62,961 nt of DNA from a virus (lineage: Duplodnaviria; Caudoviricetes): positions 1 to 62,961 of IMG/VR virus record IMGVR_UViG_3300048592_000259; one strand, written 5' to 3'. The notes beneath the pieces were generated by a model, which searched no databases, was not told the origin of the DNA, and worked only from the letters and a program-made list of their open reading frames with translations. Positions 10,262-19,630 of this stretch are shown in pieces; the stretch's first letter is position 1; every line of letters starts with the position of its first letter. The position numbers and the translations under genes were made by a program.

Positions 10262-11452
10262 TTACGACACGGCCGCTACGACTTTGCGGTTGTTCAGCGC
10301 GATCGCCCCGCCGCCCGCCGTGAGGCGGATGCGCTGCGACTGCGGTTGCAGGAGGCTTCCGTCGGGCATGCCGACGACGAAGCCGTTCTCGGCGAGCCAG
10401 ATGGCGACGCGCTTGTCCGACGCGCCCAGGTCGCCACCGAAGTCGCTCGCGAGGGCGGCGCCACTCGCGAACGGGATGGGCCGCGCGCCGTTCGTGCGCA
10501 CGCGCTCCAGGTTCTTGGGCTCGGTGCCGCGGTAGAAAACGACGCCCTTCGCCGTTCCGACGAAGAACCCGCTGTCGACCGGTTCCAGCAGCACGATGCG
10601 CTCCGACTCCTGCACGAATCCGTGGCGCGGATCGTACAGGCCATAGCGCAGCGGGGGCGACACCAGGACCACATTTCCCCGCGCGACGAGCAGGCGCCCG
10701 CGCCAGGTGCGCACGATGTTGCCGCCGGGCATCCGCGCGAGGCCCTGGGTCGACGCGATGCGCCCCGGCGCGCGCTGCCCGAGCATGTACGACGGCAGGC
10801 CGACCGGCGCCACTTCGCGCAGGTGAAGGACCTCGCCGTTGGGCTGGGTCGCGTAGACCGCGATCGCGGTCACGTCGCCCTCGGCCGGCTGGGGCAGCGC
10901 GAGCAGGATGCCGCCTCCCTCGACCACCTGGACGAACGACAGGGCCGAGAGCGCCCCTTCCTCGTCGCCGCGCAGGTAGGCGATCGCCACGGCGTACTGA
11001 CCGGCGTACATGCCGCCCGACCCGGCCGGCGTGGCTCCGGGGGCGTTCGCGTCCTCGACGCCGATGCCCCGCGTCGTGCCGTCGGGCAGGATCCGCCCGA
11101 TCGTGGTCCGGTTCGCGAAGGCGTACCCCTGCGGCAGGTCGCAGAAGGACGCCCGGTCGTCGCTCGCGAGCGTCGCGCGCGCGGCCAGGGTCAGGTCCGT
11201 CTCGTCCCAGGTCGCCTCGCTGATCGCCGTGCCGACCTGGGCGAGCGATACGCCGGTCGCGGGCGACTGCCACAGCGCCTTGCGGCCGGCGGCCGCCACC
11301 TTGGCCGTCCCGAGGCCCGGCCGGCGCTCCAGAACGCCGTCGCGGTCGAAGTCGATGTTCACCGCGTCGACGACGGCGCCAGGCGCGAGCCCGGTGTCCT
11401 TCGACACGTTGTCGATGCCTACGGTGAACGGTCCGATCACGAGTTCCATCAC
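10262..11452 (-). CDS. Putative tail nozzle/head-closure-type virion protein, 396 aa
   Basis: N-terminal GIDNV...AVNIDFDRDGVLERRPG resembles podovirus stabilisation/nozzle proteins; position in the operon. Confidence 0.6.
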   Translation of the reverse strand: MMELVIGPFTVGIDNVSKDTGLAPGAVVDAVNIDFDRDGVLERRPGLGTAKVAAAGRKALWQSPATGVSLAQVGTAISEATWDETDLTLAARATLASDDRASFCDLPQGYAFANRTTIGRILPDGTTRGIGVEDANAPGATPAGSGGMYAGQYAVAIAYLRGDEEGALSALSFVQVVEGGGILLALPQPAEGDVTAIAVYATQPNGEVLHLREVAPVGLPSYMLGQRAPGRIASTQGLARMPGGNIVRTWRGRLLVARGNVVLVSPPLRYGLYDPRHGFVQESERIVLLEPVDSGFFVGTAKGVVFYRGTEPKNLERVRTNGARPIPFASGAALASDFGGDLGASDKRVAIWLAENGFVVGMPDGSLLQPQSQRIRLTAGGGAIALNNRKVVAAVS

Positions 11453-14400
11453 GCCACCGTCGGGTTGCCGATCGCGCTACCGCCGATCGGGGTCATGGGG
11501 AGCCCGCGGGGGAACGATCCGCAGACGAAGCTGTTGTCGGCGTGCGTCAGGGTCGCCGCACCGATCGCGCTGGCGTCGAAGCCCTGCGGCCGCGCGCCAG
11601 GACCGGCCACGGGGGCGCCCAGGACCGCCGCGAGGAAGCCGGACGCTGCCACGGTCCGCTTGAGGCGCGGAACGCCCCATTCGGTCATTTCCGGGCCGTA
11701 CGGGGCAACCGGGTCGCCCTCCTGCCACTTCGCGGGCGTCCCCATCGCGGTCGCCTCGAAGCCGGCGCCGCCGAGCGCGACGATCTGGAAGCCCGAGACG
11801 CGCGGGGCGCCGAACGGCGTGGCGGTCTTGAGCGAGTCCACGATCAGGTTGCGGGTCTTGAGCTCGACCTTGGGCGCTCCGAAGGCCCCACCGACGATCG
11901 ACGCCGGCGTCACCCCCGCGCGGCGCCGCACGCGCATCCGATCGCGGAACGCCCCGAAGCCCGCCTCCATGTCCAGGTAGTCGGCGCCAGGGACCGCGAT
12001 CGAGCGGATGCGGAACTCGACTCGGGCGGTCCCGAACAGCGTCTGGACGCCCATCTTCGGGATGACGGGCTCGGGCGGGTGCACGCGCGCGGTCCCCATC
12101 GCGAGGGACGACCAGCCGGCGACCTGGATCTCGCGGTTGAACAGGTCGACGCTCGCCTGCCCGAAGACGTTGACCATGCCGGCCGGCGCGAGCGTCCGCG
12201 GGAGCCAGACCGGCCACGGGTTCGTCACCACAGGCTCGCTGAAGGCGGTGCCGGCGATGCCGAAGCCGCCCACGTTGATCGTCTGCGGGTAGTTGAGGCG
12301 CGGGACGCCGAAGGCCCCGCGCATCCCGAGCGGCGCGACCTTCCGGTTCTTCAGGTCGACCGAGGGCACGCCCAGCACGTCGTCCTGGTGCCCGGCAGTC
12401 GTCACGCGACGGGTCCCGAGGCTCACGAACGCGGTGCCGAACACCGGCCGCTCGGGGTGGTCGGACGTGTGGATGTTCTCGTCGATCTGGACCCAGCGGC
12501 CGCCGTTGTTGAGCACGGCCTGCGTCGTCACGTCGAAGGTGCAGTAGATCGTGTGCGGCGAGATCCGCGGCTTCGAGGTCGTCGGGTCGACCTGCCACGG
12601 GTCCTTGATGCCGACGGGGAACAGCGATCGCGGCTTGTTCGAGCGCACGTCGCCGAAGCGGTCTTCCTCGGACGAAAAGAAGATGCCGTGCGGGAAGATG
12701 CTATTCGCGCGGACCGTGTGCGCGCCGAACAGCGTCGTCAGGCTCGACGAGCTCGGATAGATGACGTTCGTGCGCACGCTCGCCGTGCCGTAGAGCGACG
12801 CCGCGAAGCCGGTCGTCGCGATCGGCTGCGGGGCCGGCGGGTCCGGCGTCGTCTTCGCCGCGCGCGCGAAGGGCGACACGTTCCCGGCGTTGATGCCGGC
12901 GGTGCGGATCGTCTTCGTGCGGTACTCGACCGCGGCCGCGCCGAACACGGTCGACGCGAGCGTGGGCGGCTCGACGTACTTGTTCCGGTTGTCGACGATC
13001 GGGCGGCCGAACTCGCTCATGTCGTAGCCGTACGGCATGGGCGTGAAGTTGCGGTTGTGCACGAACGGCTCGCCGACGCGCTCGACCCAGGTGAAGCGCG
13101 GCGCGACGAGGTTGAAGTGCTCGTACACGATCGTCGTGCCCCACGTCTCGGCGCCGATCGACGCGGGCTCCACATAGCGACGCGAGAGCCACACCAGCGG
13201 CTCGGACACGCTCGCGGTGTCCGGGTTGAAGTAGGGCGCGACCGTGCGCACGCGGAACGCGGTGAAGGCGTCGCCGAAGGCGCTCTGGTCGCCCGCGCCG
13301 ATGTTGCCGAAGTAGCGGCGCGTGTTCTCGACGCCCGCGGTGCCGAACAGCGTCGCGACAAAGCCTTGCGCCGGCGCGAGGCGCGCGTTGTTGTACACGA
13401 CGAGCCAGTTTCCGACGTAGCCAGCCTCGAAGCCCTGCGCCGGCAGGTCGCGGATGCGGAAGGCGACCATGTTGGCGCCCCACGCCGTTGCCTCGAGCCC
13501 CGGCACGTCGACCGCGCGCGCGGTGTTCTCGACGCTCGCGTAGCGCGACACGACGGCGCTGTCCCACGAGTCCGGCTTGACGTTCCGGTTCCGGTTCTCG
13601 ACCGTCATCCAGATCGGGGAGCCGAACACGCCTCCGTCGCTCGGCGTGACGCTGAAAATCTGCGTCACGTACCGGCGCATGTTCACGACCTCCGGCAGGC
13701 CCCAGCGCTCCGAGGGCAGCGTCTCCGCGAGGACGTAGCCCTGCGGCGTGACGACCTGCGGCGATCGCGAGACGCGCGGATCCCCGAAGGCCGTCTCCTT
13801 GAAGCCGAAGCCGAGCAGGTCGACGAACTGCGTGTTGTCGTGGACCCATTGGACGCCGAAGGCGCTCGCCTCGAACCCGGTCGGGTCGACGAAGTGCGTC
13901 CGGTCGACGGCCGCGAGCCCGAACACCGTGGCCGGCACGAAGAACGGGAACACCGTGCGCGTCTTGAACTCGACCTTCGCGGTGCCGAACGCCGTGGGCA
14001 GGATCGGCGGCGGGTCGACGTAGCGGATCGACGACTCGAGCCGCGCGGTGCCGTACGTGGTGCCCGCGATGCCCGCCGGGGCGACCGTGCGGTTCAGGTG
14101 CGAGGTCCAGGCGGTGCCGAAGCCCGCGAAGGCGTTGAAACCGACGGGGCGGACCTCCTGGTTGTAGTTGATGACCGTCGCGGTACCGAAGCCGGCTCCG
14201 GTCGGCACGCTCGCGGGCGCGACGAAGCGCGTGTAGAGGCTCACCCACGCGACGCCGAAGCCCCCCGCGGGGATGCCGGTCGGGAAGACCTCGGGCGTCT
14301 TCGTGACGACGGCGGTGCCGATCGCGCCGGCCGCGAGGCCACTTGGCAGCAGGTAGCGCGAGCCGAACGTCAGAACCGCGGTACCGAAACTGGCCCAATG

Positions 14401-14763
14401 CTCGCCGCGCGGGCGAACTTCTCCGTCTTCGGCCGCGAGATCGAACCAGACCGCATCGCCCGCGGGCGGCGTGTACGGGCGGTTGAAGTTGAAGTCCGCC
14501 CGAGCGAGTTTGATGATCGTGACCGACGGCACGAACGACGAGTCGAATCCGATCGGTCCAACGTATTGGCGCCACGACGCGGTGAGAGCGCCGATCGCGC
14601 CAGCCGCGAATCCGACCGGCAGGACGATCTGGTTCCAAGTGACGAGCGGATCGCCGAGAGCGCCGTAGTTGTCGCCGCCAGCGACGACGTACTGCGCAGA
14701 GGAACTGGATGCTGCCTCGGTCCCAGCGATCGGGGCGCCAGCGATTGGGGCGTGGCCGAGCAT
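11449..14763 (-). CDS. Large repetitive virion/tail protein, 1104 aa, ~22-aa VxPxGxxxxxFGxxxV repeats
   Basis: Dozens of degenerate repeats visible in the translation. Confidence 0.8.
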   Translation of the reverse strand: MLGHAPIAGAPIAGTEAASSSSAQYVVAGGDNYGALGDPLVTWNQIVLPVGFAAGAIGALTASWRQYVGPIGFDSSFVPSVTIIKLARADFNFNRPYTPPAGDAVWFDLAAEDGEVRPRGEHWASFGTAVLTFGSRYLLPSGLAAGAIGTAVVTKTPEVFPTGIPAGGFGVAWVSLYTRFVAPASVPTGAGFGTATVINYNQEVRPVGFNAFAGFGTAWTSHLNRTVAPAGIAGTTYGTARLESSIRYVDPPPILPTAFGTAKVEFKTRTVFPFFVPATVFGLAAVDRTHFVDPTGFEASAFGVQWVHDNTQFVDLLGFGFKETAFGDPRVSRSPQVVTPQGYVLAETLPSERWGLPEVVNMRRYVTQIFSVTPSDGGVFGSPIWMTVENRNRNVKPDSWDSAVVSRYASVENTARAVDVPGLEATAWGANMVAFRIRDLPAQGFEAGYVGNWLVVYNNARLAPAQGFVATLFGTAGVENTRRYFGNIGAGDQSAFGDAFTAFRVRTVAPYFNPDTASVSEPLVWLSRRYVEPASIGAETWGTTIVYEHFNLVAPRFTWVERVGEPFVHNRNFTPMPYGYDMSEFGRPIVDNRNKYVEPPTLASTVFGAAAVEYRTKTIRTAGINAGNVSPFARAAKTTPDPPAPQPIATTGFAASLYGTASVRTNVIYPSSSSLTTLFGAHTVRANSIFPHGIFFSSEEDRFGDVRSNKPRSLFPVGIKDPWQVDPTTSKPRISPHTIYCTFDVTTQAVLNNGGRWVQIDENIHTSDHPERPVFGTAFVSLGTRRVTTAGHQDDVLGVPSVDLKNRKVAPLGMRGAFGVPRLNYPQTINVGGFGIAGTAFSEPVVTNPWPVWLPRTLAPAGMVNVFGQASVDLFNREIQVAGWSSLAMGTARVHPPEPVIPKMGVQTLFGTARVEFRIRSIAVPGADYLDMEAGFGAFRDRMRVRRRAGVTPASIVGGAFGAPKVELKTRNLIVDSLKTATPFGAPRVSGFQIVALGGAGFEATAMGTPAKWQEGDPVAPYGPEMTEWGVPRLKRTVAASGFLAAVLGAPVAGPGARPQGFDASAIGAATLTHADNSFVCGSFPRGLPMTPIGGSAIGNPTVA

Positions 14764-14766
14764 GGT

Positions 14767-15867
14767 CTACGGATCCCAATAAGTGATGCGCGTGCGGCTG
14801 ACGATATGCCATTGGCTTCCGGTGTTGCTTCCGCTGCCGCCGGCGCCCTGCCGCCATTTGCCCGGATCGCGATAGCGTCTCGTCGACTCTGGCGTGTAGT
14901 AGTTGACCCCGTGAGGATCGAAGCGACCGCCGAACGTCATAGATTCCATCGTCGGCCAGCCGCTCGACCAGTTTCCGTAGTAGTAGTCGATGGTGTACAG
15001 ATCGCGGTAGTACATCAGCACGACGTCGTCGGTGCCGTTGTGCACTGTATCCGGCGGGGAATCGGCAAGCGAAATGTTCCCCGGCATGAGGCCGACGCCT
15101 TGATCCCGCCCCAGCTGCGCCGACCATGCCGAAAACCCGCCGGTCGCGTTGTTCGCGGTGCCGTAGGCGTTGCGGGATCGCCGCGTCGCCGTGTAGCTAT
15201 AGTTGTACGAGACGCCGACAGGCCCGCAGGCGTAGTACCACCCGCCGGAAGTCGGCAGGTTGTACGAATGAGCTCGCGTCCAGATGCCGAACGGCGCGCG
15301 CAGCAGACGCGATCGACCCAGGCAGTACTGCAAGAGGCTGATGCCGTTATTCCCCGACGTGTTGAAATCGGCCCACAGGAAGCACTCGGCGGTGCCCGAG
15401 TCGAACCTTAGACCGCTGCCGTTCACGATCGACACGCCGCCCGTGCCGCTGATGGCCGCGTTCCACACATAGCCGTCGTGCGTGAGGGTGTTGCCGTTGC
15501 TGAATGTCACGCTCGATTTCGCCGACCAGTCGACCTCGTAGGCCGTGACACAGCTATCGGCACCCGAATCGAGGTTCCGCGCCGACTTCGTGACGTGGAC
15601 GGTCTTCGCGCCCGCCGAGAAATTCACCAGCGCGCCAGCGTTGCTCGAAGCGATGACCGTCGTGCGCGAGAGCGTCGTGCCGGACGAGGTGTACGTGCCG
15701 ACACCGACCTCCCACTCCGCGCCACCGTCGATGCAGTACACGCACTGGTTGCCGTCGCCGATCGCGGCGAACGACTGAAAGCCGGTCATCGCCCCGCCGA
15801 GCGTGAGCGTCCCCGTCCCGGTCGTGGTCGAGGTTTCCTTGACGCGATCGGCGTACTTGAGTGCCAT
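14767..15867 (-). CDS. Tail fibre/receptor-binding protein, 366 aa
   Basis: Start MALKYADRVKETSTTTGTGTLTL at 15867 (TGATG overlap). The N-terminal anchor with WEVGVGTY...LSRTTVIASSN is typical of tail fibres; the C-terminal domain is aromatic-rich and lower in GC. Confidence 0.75.
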   Translation of the reverse strand: MALKYADRVKETSTTTGTGTLTLGGAMTGFQSFAAIGDGNQCVYCIDGGAEWEVGVGTYTSSGTTLSRTTVIASSNAGALVNFSAGAKTVHVTKSARNLDSGADSCVTAYEVDWSAKSSVTFSNGNTLTHDGYVWNAAISGTGGVSIVNGSGLRFDSGTAECFLWADFNTSGNNGISLLQYCLGRSRLLRAPFGIWTRAHSYNLPTSGGWYYACGPVGVSYNYSYTATRRSRNAYGTANNATGGFSAWSAQLGRDQGVGLMPGNISLADSPPDTVHNGTDDVVLMYYRDLYTIDYYYGNWSSGWPTMESMTFGGRFDPHGVNYYTPESTRRYRDPGKWRQGAGGSGSNTGSQWHIVSRTRITYWDP

Positions 15868-16211
15868 CAGACGGGGACCGCGAGCGCGCGGATCTGGTCG
15901 TTGTACTGGACGCCACCATCGGGGTCCTGCACAACAGCAACGTACTGGTTGGTGTCCGTGTCGATGCCATCGAATCGGTAGTCGCCGTTCTTGTCGGTGA
16001 AGGTGCGCCCGACCCGCGCCATCGTCTTGCGCCAGAACAGGAACACGGCGCAATTCACGATCGGCGTGCTGTTGTTCTCGACGACGTGACCGACGAGCGA
16101 CCCGTCCTTGTTGAGGCGGTGCGCGATGTCGGCGCGCGCATAGAACGGGAACTCGATCACGCTGAACGAGCTGACCGACTTGCCGATGGCGCCGAGGTTT
16201 GCCATTACCAA
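15867..16211 (-). CDS. Small virion protein with carboxypeptidase-regulatory/prealbumin-like fold, 114 aa
   Basis: Motif AVFLF...RTFTDKNGDYRFDGI...YVAVVQDP. Confidence 0.65.
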   Translation of the reverse strand: MVMANLGAIGKSVSSFSVIEFPFYARADIAHRLNKDGSLVGHVVENNSTPIVNCAVFLFWRKTMARVGRTFTDKNGDYRFDGIDTDTNQYVAVVQDPDGGVQYNDQIRALAVPV

Positions 16212-17389
16212 GCCCCGCCGATTTGGAAGACGAGGCAGGTGTTAGAAGATTGGAACGTGAGCATGAATTTCTTGCCCGCATAGCGAGTGCCGGCGGCCCC
16301 ATCAACGATATCGAGATTACTGCCCGGAAGCGTGTGTCCCGTGGCGTACATGCCGCGATGGCACCCGCGCGGGCCGGAGGAAATCGACTCGTCGATGAGC
16401 AGGTCGCACATGATGAGCCCGCCGGCAGCCGGCGCCGGATACGTCACGCCGCCGCCCATTGCGCCAACGGTGTTGCCGCTTACGCAGATCGCGAGCGGGT
16501 AGAGGCGATTCAACATCACCGATCCGCCGGTCTGAAGATACGACCGCGCCGCGAACCCGTAATTCGGGGCGGACGTGTTGAACGTCGATCCGATCCTCGC
16601 CGTCATGCTCGGAGAGAGCGTCCAGCTGGTGGAACCGCTCGTGTCGGAGAAGATCATCGTGTTGTAGATGTCCCCCGGCGTGAACGAAGCGAAGTCCCCG
16701 AAGAAAACGCCGCCAGCCGAGCCGCCGCCCGTGTCCGGATAGCTGGTGTTGCCCACGGTCGAAATGATGTAGAACGTCCGCTCGTCTCCGAACGCGATCC
16801 AGTAGCGCGCCGCCGTGCTGGCCGCGCCGCTTTTGCGCCAGTAGTACCCGCCCGACTGCTGCACGTCGGTCGGAAACGGGCCGCTGCCGCTCGCGACAGC
16901 CACGCCAGCCGCGGACATGCTCTCGAAGCCCCGCACGCGACAAGACGTGGTGCCCGTGTCGTCGAGCCCCATGATGAAGCCGTTGCTGCCGGGCCCCTGC
17001 TGATACGAGCGCAGGTTCGTGCTGGTCTGCGCGATCGTCCAGTCGCACGGAGCGACTTTCGCCGTCGCCGAGGAACTCGTGGTGCCGGGCGTCGCAGGTG
17101 TGCCGCCTACGGTGATGTCGTAGGTGTTCGCTGTGACGTTGAAGATGAAGAAGTCGCCGTTGTACTCGGCTTGGTCCCAGCCGGCGTGCCGGATAACGCG
17201 GTCCGAACTGAAGCCGTGCGCGGTCTTCGTGACGGTCGCCACGGAACCGACGCGCGCGATCGACGTGACCGTCTGCGAGTTGTACCCGTTGACGAGCAGC
17301 GCATCGAGCAGCGCCGCGGCATCCCCGGCCGTGCCGGAGAGTCGCGGCGCACCCGTATCGCCGAAGTAGAAGACACGCGCCAGTCCCAT
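16205..17389 (-). CDS. Tail fibre-like virion protein, 394 aa
   Basis: GDAAALLDALLVNGYN...SVATVTKTAHGF N-terminal motif of phage fibre proteins; Gly/Ser/Thr-rich. Confidence 0.7.
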   Translation of the reverse strand: MGLARVFYFGDTGAPRLSGTAGDAAALLDALLVNGYNSQTVTSIARVGSVATVTKTAHGFSSDRVIRHAGWDQAEYNGDFFIFNVTANTYDITVGGTPATPGTTSSSATAKVAPCDWTIAQTSTNLRSYQQGPGSNGFIMGLDDTGTTSCRVRGFESMSAAGVAVASGSGPFPTDVQQSGGYYWRKSGAASTAARYWIAFGDERTFYIISTVGNTSYPDTGGGSAGGVFFGDFASFTPGDIYNTMIFSDTSGSTSWTLSPSMTARIGSTFNTSAPNYGFAARSYLQTGGSVMLNRLYPLAICVSGNTVGAMGGGVTYPAPAAGGLIMCDLLIDESISSGPRGCHRGMYATGHTLPGSNLDIVDGAAGTRYAGKKFMLTFQSSNTCLVFQIGGAW

Positions 17390-17401
17390 CGCTGCGACCA
17401 G

Positions 17402-17809
17402 TTACAGCTTGAAGATCCGGTTCGGGCCGTTGTCCCAGGTGATGATGATGTCGCCGCCGTTCGGCGTGATCGGCAGGCCCGTGGCCGTGTCGATGTACGC
17501 GATGAGCGGGGACGTGCCGGCGACGCCCGTGTCCTTGTAGATCAGGATGAACTCGATCGACGTGCCGCTGACGCTCGTGAACGTCACGTCCGCGCCGTCG
17601 ACCGCGCCTCCGGTCGTGGTCTTCGAGCCCAGCGTGGCCGGCGTCGTGATGATCGCCGAGCCGGAAACGTCGCTGTAGAACTCGTGCGTGCTCGCGTTGA
17701 CCGAGTAGGCGCCCGAGTCGCCCATCGTCACCTTGATGGTGTCGGTGAGCCAGTTGAACGCGCCCTCGGCGAAACGCTGACGGCCCTTGTCGAAAAGCGT
17801 GTTGGACAT
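17402..17809 (-). CDS. Conserved virion structural protein, 135 aa
   Basis: SD AGGAG; C-terminal SPLIAYIDTATGLPITPNGGDIIITWDNG...IFKL motif common in phage virion proteins. Confidence 0.75.
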   Translation of the reverse strand: MSNTLFDKGRQRFAEGAFNWLTDTIKVTMGDSGAYSVNASTHEFYSDVSGSAIITTPATLGSKTTTGGAVDGADVTFTSVSGTSIEFILIYKDTGVAGTSPLIAYIDTATGLPITPNGGDIIITWDNGPNRIFKL

Positions 17810-17818
17810 TGCTCTCTC

Positions 17819-18529
17819 CTACCAGTCGGGGTTGAACGTCGTGTGCTTCTTGCGGCGATCCAGCTGGCGGCGGTTCACGTCCGCCGACGGGCGCGGGCCG
17901 AAGCTCGCGGTGAACATGCCCTCGTGCATCAGGGCCTTCTTCTCGTCCTGGGTGTCGCTGTCGCGGCGCAGGTACGCGAGGCGCAGCGCCCAATCGACGA
18001 GCAGCGGGTGGTACTTCTCCGGGATCTCGGGCGACGTGGCCGGCACCAGCACGGTCGGCGGATCCGCGTCGGGGTTCGCCGGCACTTCCAGCGCGATCGC
18101 GACGAGCGCGCGCCGGTAGACCGACAGCTTGATGGCCGCGTCGCGCGTCGGGCGGCGGACCAGGTGCAGGTAGACCTGCTGCGGGTCGAGGAACCATTGC
18201 GGGTCGCCTTCGAGCGTCCGCCAGTCGGTTCCCTGCGAGAAGCGATCGTCGAGCGTCTCGGGGGCGATGCCGGTCAGCAGCTTGCCCGCCCAGCGGGCCG
18301 TGCGGACCTGGATGATCTTCGGGTGCAGCGCGTAGCGCGCCTCGCCGGCGGTCCCGGCGATTTCGACGACCTCGGGCGTCGAGTCGTCTTCCAGGAGGCG
18401 CGCACGGATGCACGCCTCGTCCTGGGCGAGGTTGAAGTACGACAGGATCTCGTCGTCCGTCCACAGGGGCGGAACGGCGATGTCGTCCGCCCGGCGGCGG
18501 AACTGGACGACGAGCTCCTGGGCGTTCAC
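17819..18529 (-). CDS. Head-tail adaptor protein, 236 aa
   Basis: GTG start (GTGA overlap); LWTDDEILSYFNLAQDEACIRARLL and PEIPEKYHPLLVDWALRLAY motifs of podovirus adaptor proteins. Confidence 0.75.
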   Translation of the reverse strand: MNAQELVVQFRRRADDIAVPPLWTDDEILSYFNLAQDEACIRARLLEDDSTPEVVEIAGTAGEARYALHPKIIQVRTARWAGKLLTGIAPETLDDRFSQGTDWRTLEGDPQWFLDPQQVYLHLVRRPTRDAAIKLSVYRRALVAIALEVPANPDADPPTVLVPATSPEIPEKYHPLLVDWALRLAYLRRDSDTQDEKKALMHEGMFTASFGPRPSADVNRRQLDRRKKHTTFNPDW

Positions 18530-19020
18530 TTCGCGCCGTCCTTCGTCGTCGTCTCGGCCTTGACGGTGCGGCCCTTCGGCGCGGCGGGAGCCCCACCGGT
18601 CGAACCGGACGGCGGGCCGTCCAGATCGTTCTCCAGTTCCTCCCACAGCGAATCGCGCTCGTGACGCTCGACCGTGAAGCCGGCGAGCGCCGACACCTTC
18701 ACGAGGTTGGGCTTGCCGTCCGGATCGAAGGCGTCCGCGTCGTCGGTCGATTCGAGCATCTTCCGCATGACGCCCTTGATGTGCGCGTTGCGGTCGAAGC
18801 CCTTGGACTTCTCGTCGTCCAGATCCTCGGGGGACATGCCCACGGGGATGCAGCCGCGCGCGATCGCCTCGCGGCGGAACATGCGCGGGATTTCGGTGCC
18901 CGTCGGCAGGCCGCTGACGACGATCGTGTGCCCGCTGGTGAGCCCGATCTGGCAGTCGCCTTCCGGGTGCCACATCTTCACGGCGCCCGGCTGCTTGGCC
19001 GGGGTGGTCTTCGCGTTCAT
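18526..19020 (-). CDS. Hypothetical protein, 164 aa
   Basis: SD AGGA, high GC3, coupled to the adaptor gene. Confidence 0.7.
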   Translation of the reverse strand: MNAKTTPAKQPGAVKMWHPEGDCQIGLTSGHTIVVSGLPTGTEIPRMFRREAIARGCIPVGMSPEDLDDEKSKGFDRNAHIKGVMRKMLESTDDADAFDPDGKPNLVKVSALAGFTVERHERDSLWEELENDLDGPPSGSTGGAPAAPKGRTVKAETTTKDGAK

Positions 19021-19043
19021 GTCGTTATGTCCTGTCCTGGTGG

Positions 19044-19074
19044 AGAAAAAGGCGGGCGCGATGCTCCGCGCCCG
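19044..19074 (-). terminator. Rho-independent terminator after the capsid/decoration genes
   Basis: Minus strand CGGGCGCG-GAGCAT-CGCGCCCG followed by CCTTTTTCT. Confidence 0.65.
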
Positions 19075-19124
19075 AAATGTTCCGTGCTGGCGGAACTCCT
19101 TGAACCTCGGCCGACCCTGGGGGA

Positions 19125-19523
19125 TCAGCCTTGGTTGAACTGGCTGCGGTTCTCGACGTAGTAGCGCACGCGCAGGCGGACCTTGCCCGAGCCCGCGGCC
19201 GGCGTCGACGTGCCGACCCAGCGCACCGTCAGCGCTGTGGCGACCGCGTGGACGTAGCCCGTCGGCACGAGCGCGACGATGCCGAGCGCGTGGACGTTCG
19301 CGTCGTTCTTGTAGCGGTTCTGCGACCCCGAGTCGCCAACATCGAGAACGTCGGCCGTGTCCGATCCGAAGACCGTCTTGACCACGATGTCGCCGTCGGT
19401 GATGACCGCGCCCGCCGGCAGGTCGAGGACCGGAACGTCCACGCCGCTGGTGAGATCCGACGCGAGGATGTCGACGTACGCTTCGATCGGCTGTTGCCGA
19501 CCCGAATTCTTCTGGTGTGCCAT
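19125..19523 (-). CDS. Putative capsid decoration/cement protein, 132 aa
   Basis: Directly downstream of the MCP gene; SD AGGAG; beta-rich LPAGAVI...DVGD...GKVRLRVRY pattern. Confidence 0.65.
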   Translation of the reverse strand: MAHQKNSGRQQPIEAYVDILASDLTSGVDVPVLDLPAGAVITDGDIVVKTVFGSDTADVLDVGDSGSQNRYKNDANVHALGIVALVPTGYVHAVATALTVRWVGTSTPAAGSGKVRLRVRYYVENRSQFNQG

Positions 19524-19544
19524 GTGCGATTTCTCCTGACGTGC

Positions 19545-19583
19545 GAAGGCGACCTGGCGGGAGTGCCCGCCGCGGTCGCCTTC
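19545..19583. other. Long intergenic stem-loop between MCP and decoration genes
   Basis: GAAGGCGACC-TGGCGGG-AGTG-CCCGCCG-CGGTCGCCTTC inverted repeat. Confidence 0.6.
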
Positions 19584-19630
19584 AGGGTTCGGCTAGAGGG
19601 GTGTCCTCCGCGCCGTGGTGCCGGGTTGGA

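Noticed and set aside
14767-15500. Possible diversity-generating retroelement target in the fibre tip
   Set aside because: No reverse transcriptase gene and no template-repeat copy noticed
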